Assembly (NCBI GenBank): GCA_051942205.1
Contig: JAVECO010000057.1
Span: forward strand, 1 to 64,000
DNA: 64,000 nt
Origin: Coniocarpon cinnabarinum
Taxonomy: Eukaryota
Direction of reading: 5' to 3'
Under the pieces are notes generated by a model. The model saw nothing but the letters and a program-made list of their open reading frames with translations. It had not been told where the DNA came from and did not search any database. Position numbers and translations under genes: made by a program. Below are positions 13,784-23,384 of this stretch, in pieces. Every line of letters begins with the position of its first letter. Positions within the stretch are counted from its first letter, which is position 1.

Positions 13784-14370
13784 GCACCATACACTCTCTC
13801 CTGCTGAGACTCCATTCTTCCTGGATTCAATCCATGCTCATCGCCCCACATCAGTTGCCATGGATCTCAAGCAAGACGCCAGAAGATTAGGGTGTTTGAT
13901 CTGATTGCTGAAGTCTGGAGATGACAGCTTGGCAAATACTTACGATCTTGCGTGATACCACCGCGGATTGATGGAGCATGTCATTACCTCTAGGCTAGCA
14001 TAGAGAATGTAACATGCCTTTCAACTCGTGTTTGTACCTCGAACATACGTTCGATACTGTCGTCTCTCCTCCAACATCTGCGTTGACTCAGCACTTGGTC
14101 TCTTCCGCCCCGTTGACCAGCTAAAATATATGCTGTGCTCTTTCGACTTCATGCCATCGTCTATCACATGAGCGTCCGACGTCAAGTAGCACGCCCTACC
14201 TAAGTCAGCAACGCCGACAGATCAGTCTGGCATATCCGTTGGTGTAAGCAACCTAAGATCCTCAGAGCGAAACAGAGTATCCTGTCTAGATTTGCAGTGC
14301 GCTCCATATAAATGCAATTAGGCAAGCAGTCTAGTTCCGACGAACACCCTATTAGTCTATCTTACCCGTT

Positions 14371-14700
14371 TTTGGTCAATGGGGGCGGGATGTAATACCT
14401 GCACTGGGGCAGTCAAAGCGGCCTGAATCCCTTCAGCAAAATGCAATATCTGCGAATCCTGTATTGTCAAGGTGTTCGTTACTTATCCTACAAGCCACAT
14501 CCATACATTCATACATGAGTGTATCATCTCTGTAGGTCCGTACAAGCGTGTTTGATCAATCGAGGCGGGATGTGTTACCTGCACTTAGGCAGTCGAAGCG
14601 GGTTGAAATGTCTCGATCCCTTTAGTAAAATGCAAGATCTGTGCGTCCCGCATTGTCAAGGTGTTCGTTCATATTCCCACAAGTTACGTCCATTCATAGA
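14371..14700. repeat. Diverged tandem duplication, two copies, period 180 bp
   Basis: Copies start at 14371 and 14551 (tttggtcaatgggggcgggatgtaatacctgcact vs tttgatcaatcgaggcgggatgtgttacctgcact) and share attgtcaaggtgttcgtt. Confidence 0.9.
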
Positions 14701-14841
14701 TAAATATATGACCTTTGCCAGAACAATAGGTGAAATAAGCGCTACGATACTCGTGCACTCTTCTCGGAATTCGAGATTCTTGACTCCATAGGTACTTGTG
14801 CTCCAAAGCAGGTTCTAGCACCCACATGACAAAGATCGGTC

Positions 14842-15392
14842 ATGTCGCACCAGACGCCATCGACAGGTTATCCACAGTCAACAGGTCAGCCGCACTCGCA
14901 TTACTCAGAGCCGACGGGCTTTCAATTACCACAGCACCACCAACAAAGTGATGAAGGAAGAGGAGCTGGACGGGTAGGAAACTCCCAGCAAGAAAATCCC
15001 CAGCAACCTCAAGCTCGTGAGGCGATTTCTTTGAAGGGGCCCGGAGATTCAGTCAACCGTGTGGAACCTGACTGGTGGGGTCGTTTCTGGGCGGTATGTA
15101 TCCTAACTCGAAGTTCAAACTGCGCACTAGCTTCGCTTGCCTTTGAACATCGAAAAAGCTGACATTGAAATAGGAGCCATGTGCGTGGATGGAATGTTGG
15201 CTGCCAGTTGGCAGCGGTGACAATTGCTGTACTCTACTTTTTTGCTGCTGCTGCATCGACGACCGAATTTATGTTGACAATCAAATTCGCCACAAAGCAG
15301 AGGAGCGGAGTGCACGTCGTCACGGCCCTTACGACGGCGACGCTGAAAGAAGACGAGTTCAGGCGGAGCTCGCAAAAGGGAACCGGCGCTAG
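14842..15392 (+). CDS. Small Gln/Pro-rich protein with Cys-rich hydrophobic segment (CYSTM-like), about 156 aa
   Basis: Exon 14842-15093, intron GTATGT..CTGAC..TAG (15094-15173), exon 15174-15392. Joined product reads ..PDWWGRFWA|EPCAWMECWLPVGSGDNCCTLLFCCCCIDDRIY.. Confidence 0.6.
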
Positions 15393-16855
15393 CGTGCACA
15401 TAGGGTGCCGCTTCAGTCACGATCTAGCGCGGCTCAGGGGGAACGAACTTGAGCGTCATGAAGCCTGATTTCTTGTTAATCATCATATATATATATATGA
15501 CCGAATTCGACATGTTCCAGCATTTCCCGATAGATTCTATTTTGGTGAAAGAGCCAATGGGGAAAGCAAATCAGACCCTTTCAACACAACTATCAAAGAA
15601 GGCGGAAGCTTAGCTGGAAGACTTTCCCTACTTCACATGCCCGATGCTGCTATTCGAAGTGTATAGTTTATCGGTGGATATTTGAGTCGGTCTTTGGAGA
15701 TCATTCACAGGCACGAAACGCCGTCGATAATTCTTGCAGAGTCTGTGCAACCGTCGTGACAAGAATGTCGTGTTAGTGTCACCGGTACGAAAGACGCCTG
15801 ACACAGCAACAACAGCTACGTGCAGGTATAATTAGGCCTCGTCGCTTTCCTATAATGGAAATAATGCCATTTCGGAAGACACTGCGCGACTACGCTACAG
15901 TACCTCAGTTGCGAGGGCACCATTGAATCGTCGACCCTATTCCTCTTCGTGACCACCACAGAGCTATACAATGAAGCGCGGGACACTCACAAGTGTGATC
16001 ATCAAAAAACACCCAGTACCTAGATGTTCCTTGAGCTGAACCCTCGAAACGCCAGAGCTACACCCAGACCCCTTAAAATGCGATCGGATTACCTCTGCTC
16101 GCCACCTCGTCCGGCCGTCGAAGCGCTTCGAGCCCTGAATGAGACAGATGCAATGAGGTGACGCTGACCCGGTGCGCCATGGAGTGCCTACACACGACTT
16201 TACTTGGGCATTTGGGAAACGCTGCTGTGCATTACAGCCAAAGCATTAGAAAAAAGAGCTTGTCGAACCACCGCTGCGTGGACCGTTCTTGATACGTCCC
16301 AAATACGGCTCTACAATCGGCACAGCTATGCACGAAGTAGATACGGCTATAAAATATTGAAGACGTCGCCACGCACAGGACTCAAGCTCCCGTCGTATCG
16401 CTCGACTCACACGCGCCTGTCTATATATTCTGGCCCCTGCTCCACTGCACATTGCCTTTCAAAGTCCTACCGTTCTTCATCAAGTGAGTTCGTTGATGAG
16501 CCTTATTCGCAGACACCTCGCAACCCTCGTGCCAACATCTCAAAGCAACATTGACCTCGCACAGCAACCCGCTTTTATCCAAAAGTCAGCCACACATTTC
16601 CTGAATAAGTATGCTTTGCGAGACACAACTCGTCTCGGCGTCAACATCCAGATTTAGGCACGCATTGCGAACAGCTTCCCGTAGTCTACACGTCATTATC
16701 GAGAAACCCGTACTCGTCTCCTACTTAACGATGCCTTTCGGCTTCTTCAATCTATAATCTCCCTTGATCCATGCTGTAACCTCTCCACCCAAGATTCAAT
16801 TCGCAGCAAGTGTGTTCGTTCTTAGCCCCAATTCTCTTGACATTTGGGCGTCACG

Positions 16856-17488
16856 ATGTTTCTGACCGGCCGATACGCGTACAAACAATATCAAAAGCAT
16901 AAAGCCAAGAAAGAAAACTCAGTCGTAAATACCACTCCAGTGCATTTCTTAAACTAATTATCTCAAATGATGACACATGCTCAGCATCACGGGGACTTGG
17001 AAATCACTACCGAGCCATCGTACAAGCCGGCAGGCGCTTCTCCTCAGCCTCCTCCCTTTCAGCACTCGCCGGGGCACCAACCACCTCGCGCCGCCTCCGG
17101 ACACTCAGCCTCGCACGCATCGATTGCCCAGTCATGTGGCTCATCAGCACCGCCTCCTTATCAACAGACGCCGCACCAGCTTTCCAGTCAGCAGACCTCT
17201 TATCGACCTTCCCAACAGACTGGCACTCCTCCATATGTTGACCCGCAACAATTGAACGAACAACAGAGGTATACAACGCCGCAGCAGCCACAGCATCTGC
17301 ATCCGCAATCTCAAATGCCTCAATTTTCATACCTACAGCCTGTCGCTCAGTACGACACTCCACCGGCCTCATCGTCGGCGATGCAAGCGAATGAATGGCA
17401 AGCAGTGCCACAGCGACCTTCATCTCGTGGGTCTCTCTATGGAGAGGACCCCACCCAAGCACATTCTTCTCATGGACCTCCCTTGTAA
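16856..17488 (+). CDS. Hypothetical Pro/Gln/Ser-rich protein with basic N-terminus
   Basis: Exon 1 encodes MFLTGRYAYKQYQKHKAKKENS. A phase-0 intron (about 16922/16925-16984, branch CTAAT) joins it in frame to the 16985-17488 ORF with PPPY/PPY motifs. Confidence 0.6.
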
Positions 17489-18860
17489 TTCTCGAGCCAG
17501 TGGCCAGTCCTGGAAAATATATCGCGGGTCAAATGGTTTCGCAACCGGAGACATTGGCGCTTGCACTTCGGCGTAACAACAAAGATTGTTCTTTGATGAA
17601 AGAAAAATGGTCATACCTCCTGAGTTTAGCCATATTCCAGGGTCTGTGGCGCTATGCACCCATAGATTTACAGTCATATAAATGAGTAAGCCTATGTTCA
17701 GTTTCATCCACTCCACAACACATTTTCATGCGCAATGTCAGCTAAGCTTTTTTGCAAACTTCTCACTTGTCTTGCACCTCCGCAAGAATGCGTTGTGGCA
17801 CGGACCTCTGTCTCCGTACCGACGTCGTACGTGTATCCTCAAATCTTGTCAACGTGCACGTTCCCACACCTTTGGCACACTACACGATGCGGCGACGACC
17901 GCGACAACAAAATCTCGTAGGGCTTGGGACGAACAGCATTTCGCAATTTCTTCTAATGCTTCTCCCCACACATCACGTTAATCTAATTCCTTTGCTGCAA
18001 CGCCCACTTCTTACTGCCGTCCACCCTTCAGACAGCGCATGCCTAACACACTCTGTTCTCGATAAACTACGCAGACCGTGTTCCCTAGCCACTCGCTTTC
18101 TCTTCTAGTCCTCATCTCGTTCATTATCGTTCATTTCTTCATTTGTTTGAGAGAAGCACGTGGCGCCAAGAATGTCTCATCAAGCCGTGTCTGAGTCAGC
18201 ACAGGAGACGTGTCGACATCTCCTGAGATCCAAATCTAACATGAGTGCTTCTCACGCCTTCATGCAGATACACAAGCACCTGCACTCAAGTCGTTCCGTC
18301 GACACGTATGAAGAAGTCCATAGCAAAATGCGACCCACTCATGACCTGCCTATATTCCAATAATAAAGGCAGCGCCAGGGCCACCAAACAGGCTCGGCAG
18401 CTAGTGTTTCCCGTGGATATTATGAGCTTTCACAGATGTACGATTGCGCGTTATCGATCGAAGTCGATCATTGGATGTTTCACCATGCGCAAAAGCTCGA
18501 TATGTGTCGAGACGGAAGCTGACATTGCCATGTCATCCTTACCAAACACCTGTGCGCGGCTCGTCGCACATATTCCCCCAGGTTTCGTCATGTCCCACGC
18601 TGTCATTGTTTGATCTCCTGCTGCCATTTCGTGCTTTCATCTGAGTCGTGGTCCTGTCATCGTGTCCCTTCGAGTCGCTACCTATACACATACGCCCGCG
18701 CTCCACTTTTCTTCTCTGTTTGTTTTCTGCACCATTGTGACATCGTATTACTTGCACACCAGCTTGATCTCTTCTTCACCATTACCATCGTATTCACCAC
18801 GATATTCCAGTTCAACACTCACAGCGAACCACCCCAACTGAAAAGCAGCATTCAGCAAGC

Positions 18861-19153
18861 ATGTCAGCCGTCAAGGTAACCTCCGCAACCCACACCTAAA
18901 CCCATCTCGAGCTCTGTTGAACCATAAACAGGACACAGTGCTCAGAGCACTGGGCATCAAGAAATCAGGCAAGTCCGAGACGCCGCCCGGTTCCCAGCGC
19001 ACGTCCACCGACGAGCCCCGAAAAAGCACAGAGACCGCGCGATCTTCGAATCAGACGTTGAAACCGGCGGATCCGGAGCGGAAATTGTCGTATGACTCTG
19101 CGACGTCCACGACGGGGGTCAAGGACAATCATGTGGGCTCCAAGAGGAGGTAA
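18861..19153 (+). CDS. Spliced micro-protein (78 aa), Ser/Thr/Lys-rich
   Basis: 15-nt exon (MSAVK), 56-nt intron GTAACC..CAG (18876-18931), exon 2 DTVLRALGIKKSGK..SYDSATSTTGVKDNHVGSKRR*. Pyrimidine-rich core promoter upstream. Confidence 0.6.
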
Positions 19154-19201
19154 TCACGTGGGCTCCGAGAAGAGGCGATCAATGAGCTTCAAGCAGGAGG
19201 C
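19127..19201. repeat. About 25-bp tandem repeat, three diverged copies, spanning a stop codon
   Basis: aatcatgtgggctccaagaggaggt / aatcacgtgggctccgagaagaggc / gatcaatgagcttcaagcaggaggc. Confidence 0.75.
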
Positions 19202-20164
19202 GAGTGCGTAGGATTTCGCGCGGGACTTGGGGGACATCAATGTTGTTGTCTCGTGGGTGTTTTGGGTGCTTCGCGTGTTATCTGGTAGGAATGTATCTAT
19301 AATCATCGTGTATGTCATGTTCTTCATCGAGACAGAAGCGCACGTGTCTTGTCTCTTTGCTACTCTCTAACATTGCCCCGTCTTCAGCTCCATATCGCCG
19401 TCCGTTATCACCATTAGTGAGGCTCGCATAGTGCCAAGCATCGACATCTATTGACGCCACATCCTCAATTAGTAGCATTCCGAGATGTTCCCTTTCTTCA
19501 CCTCGGATCCTCACAATTCCACCCGCGTGACTCGTCGTTCGACCGAAGCAGATACCATCAGGTATCGAATCACATGCCAACCAGACGAGAAAAGGTTCCA
19601 GACACAGCAGACCTGCTAGATGACGTATCATTGCCCAAAGTCATGTAAACAACACGTACGCACATTTGCTCCTCGCATAATGCACCAGATACAGCTCCTG
19701 AGCCGGATCGACTCCTCGCTTATTGGACTGGATTCAACAGCCGGAATATGGGGGCCGTTGATAGATATACTTACTGCGACGCACACTTGTCCCCGGTTGG
19801 TAGGAGTCGACGAGGATTGAGTGCTCATTTTGCGACGACCATGTCAACGTTGCTAGACTGACAGATGTCCACTGGCACAAGTTCATCATGTCCACACTCT
19901 TTACCTCTTAGCACGTTCTATATCATGTATCCATGCTCTTGTTATCTACATATCGTGCCATCCTGCGATCTTGTCGTTTTGTTCCTTCCTTGCTGACGCT
20001 GTATATAGTCAGTCCACGCGTTCCACTTCTCTCTTCTGCTTCTCATTTTCATTGAATCATCTAAAATCTTCATTCGTGCAAGTCATACACGCAGAGCAGA
20101 CACCCGCTCTCCATCGTCCTACAGTTACAACTCATTCCAACATCTGTATCACAGCACCGCCGGC

Positions 20165-20438
20165 ATGACGCTCAAAGTAAGCTCCACGTCAGACCCTCAT
20201 GTTCCTATCGAGGCAAGCTAAACAACACTTCGCAGGACAAGATTTCAAACATTCTCACAGGCAATTCGGAGTCACAAAGAAGGACAAGAAGGACAAGAAG
20301 GATAAGAAAGACAAGGAAACCAAAGGACCGGTCCCTATCCCGCGCCCGACCAGATCCCCTAGGACACATGACCACGACGGATCTTCGACCACGGGCGTGT
20401 TTAACGGTACAGCGGGTGGAAACGCGCACGGGACCTAG
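20165..20438 (+). CDS. Probable paralog of the 18861 micro-gene; apparent 1-nt frameshift (pseudogene or sequence error)
   Basis: 12-nt exon (MTLK), intron GTAAGC..CAG (20177-20235), then DKISNIL. The homologous tail (RQFGVTKKDKKDKKDKKDKE..DGSSTTGVFNG) lies in a different frame. Confidence 0.45.
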
Positions 20439-21646
20439 AAGGCATGAGCTTGTTTGTTCGAACCTGCAATTGTGCCAGGACGGCAATTTATGCGTTTGTC
20501 GTACCTCGGTCTGGGCGTTGCGGGGATTCTCTTGTATATCTCTTGCTTGTGCAGTGGGTAGAGGCTAAACCCTCATATAATTAAAGATCTTAGCATGTAT
20601 GATGCACCTCAACGCGATCTTCATCTTCAATCAAGTGCATTCATGTAGGTAAGAGAGGATAGCATCACTGCCGTCGGCTACAGAAATTCAGATTCAGAAG
20701 TTTCGTCAGCGAAAGCAGGGAGATTGCATGCAAGGCATGACGAACGCGGTGCTGTGAGGACGCACCGGCAGTAAAATCTCCTTCATTCTATAAGAGGTAC
20801 GATTCGCTCTCGAAAAGAAACAGCTTTTCTGCTGTCGTCAGTCAGGTTGAGAAACTTCCCCCCAAGAGCCAAATCGGCCCGAGAGACTGTTTGTTACGCC
20901 TCTGAACCAGCCAGGCCTCGGGACGACAGTCTTGTCAAGGAGTAGGCTCTCTACATTCTTTCGTTAAAACCCGCCTAAACGTGTTTTAGCCAGTTAGTCG
21001 CAACGTAGCTTAGCATAGCGAACTCTTGCAAGCGCCAAGTTAGCCGCAAATGAGGAAACCCAGAAAAGAGAAGGCCTTTCGCAACCTCTCTAGCGCGTGT
21101 CGTGGTAGAGTCAGATGAACCTAGCTGTTCAGCGTATATCCTTGCCAGATATTTATGTGTGTCGTTTCTGTTGATTGCCAAAAAAATTCCACGATAGCAG
21201 ATGCCGACTACGTACGTCGACAGGAGAGCCTTTAATTGTTTTTTCATGGGGGTTGTCGCTGCTTCAAGCCGCTTGACTGCTGATCTGAGGTCAGCTAGCC
21301 ATGACCAGCTCCTCAGAAGGCGAATAGTATAGCGAGTAACTGCCAGCTACTGTAGATGACCACGTGAGTTTGAAAAATTTCAAGCAGTCAGGTGGACCTG
21401 ACTTGCTTGTCGAATTTAACAATGCCCAAAGGCCACACACACCCCAAACCGACTTTGTGACAGGCTGTTCCCTTCTTGAATTGGCCCCTACTGTACATTT
21501 AATGTTTTAAATCTAGACCTAAAATTTTGTCCCTGCTTCCACTGAGGACACCCGAGGTATATTTCAGCTTAACATCGAGTTGCGCTTTGCACGTATCATA
21601 TTTTTGAGATGGCTGTCTGGTGATCGTATAACTTCTATAGGGCAGG

Positions 21647-22045
21647 TCAGTTGTGGCGTTGAGCAGTATCGACACCTCGATTCGTGAAGTGGCGGCGGGG
21701 GGGCCCAGGGCAAGAAACATACACCAGCCTCACTTCACGATATTCAGTAGGTTCGGTCGAAAACCCGAGCTTTCCTTCCAGATTTCCGGGCTTAGAAGCG
21801 ATCTCTGCAATACATTCTTCTATCTTGTCTCGTGTCTGCTCAACTGTCGCTTCGTGCTGTGCCTCGTAGCGGAAAAAGGTAATGGGATTCTTTTTGTCGG
21901 AGGAAGCTCCTCTTGGTACTGCTTTTGGTTTTTCATGGCGTTCCCCCTCAAATTCGAAGCTCTCTGTCGTTTCCTTTGTATGAACAGTCGCTTGTTCCTT
22001 TTTTGATGAACCAAGCCATGATTCAATCCACTGTTTTACCGGCAT
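21647..22045 (-). CDS. Hypothetical protein (about 132 aa), possibly truncated
   Basis: Protein-like charged ORF MPVKQWIESWLGSSKKEQ..EYREVRLVYVSC. No family recognised. The same frame continues through several stops downstream. Confidence 0.35.
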   Translation of the reverse strand: MPVKQWIESWLGSSKKEQATVHTKETTESFEFEGERHEKPKAVPRGASSDKKNPITFFRYEAQHEATVEQTRDKIEECIAEIASKPGNLEGKLGFSTEPTEYREVRLVYVSCPGPPRRHFTNRGVDTAQRHN

Positions 22046-23384
22046 CGCAAGCAATGGCTTCTCTTCAATCAGCAGCTAAGAAAGCGGGGGACCAAGTCGA
22101 GTGAAGACACTGCGCCAAGAAAGCAAAACTCAGCAACGCATTTATAACACAAACAAGCAGCAGACGGGGCTCAATATAACACGTGTCATCCTCATGATGT
22201 GCAGGCGCTGAAACCTCTTCGATCTGGAGTAATCGACGAGCGAATCAGAAGACGCTCATACAAAGATCACACAGACCATTTGCGCGAGCCGTCTCAACGC
22301 CAAGCGACTGTGACTCTCTTTAATGGCTGTGAGACTCAAAGACGTATTAGCTACAGCAGCTAATTAGCCCAGAGAGTGACTCTGATAAACAGGACAGCTG
22401 CCAAATCGCCCTTTGGCTGGAAAACGTCACAAGAGCGCACTGAATCTAATTATTAGTTCAATTAACTGCTACGGTCGTCTCGGATGGATGAAGACGCGCG
22501 AGGAAATATTCACGACCCGCGAGGGTCAGGGATAAACATCGTTGCCGAGCCCGAGCCTGGGTCTGGATAGCAAGCCTCCATCATGATATACTTGCCGGAG
22601 CACCCGTCCCTTCCAAGGCGCTGATTTATAAGCGCGGCAAGCACTTTAAGCCCTTCACGTCGACGCCTTGTACGATTTAAATCAATCTGGCCAACCCGAG
22701 GAAGGCGCCCATACGCGACTTGCTTCGTATTGCTGGCCTTTGCGAGAAGTTCTGGTCGACGTTCGTGGCGCGGCTGGACGGGTCTGTGCCGCATCCATGA
22801 CCTTAGGGGCGATCTTGCGACTGCCTCAAAGCTCTCAATCCCGCGACCCAGGGATGGAAGGAACAATTGTCACGTGACTTATCTTCAATACTGCGATGTG
22901 CATCGATAATGTAGAAAAATTAATTACATACATATACATATTGAAAAGGCGCTTTCGACTGGAGTAAAACCGTACATAGAATAGCTACCAGGTAATATTC
23001 TTAACTCTTTCCTAGCTCCGAGGACTTCTCAAGCTCTTGTCGATACTCTGAGGACTTTCGCCCTTCACAGCCGAACATCTGTTCAAGTATTTTCTGATCG
23101 ATACGTGCTGGGCCAGGATTATCAGTGCCTCGATCATTGAGAAGCCACGTCACCTCCGTTTGCAGTGTGAAGTAGGCGAGCTGACCCAATCGCACCTGGC
23201 TGCAATGGAGGCTGGATCTATCCTCATAGTTTGAATTCCGAGCGATCTCCAAATGAACGCATTCCGTGGAGAGCACGGCGCGTCAAAAGCAAAAGGCAAG
23301 TACATCTGAGCGGCTATCAGGAACGACAGCTCGCGCGCGCAGCAAACACACATGTGATTCACACTTTGACACTCACAGAGCCAT

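Noticed and set aside
18202..18225. Short hairpin caggaga..tgtcgaca..tctcctg
   Set aside because: A single short inverted repeat with no supporting context; plausible by chance in 64 kb.
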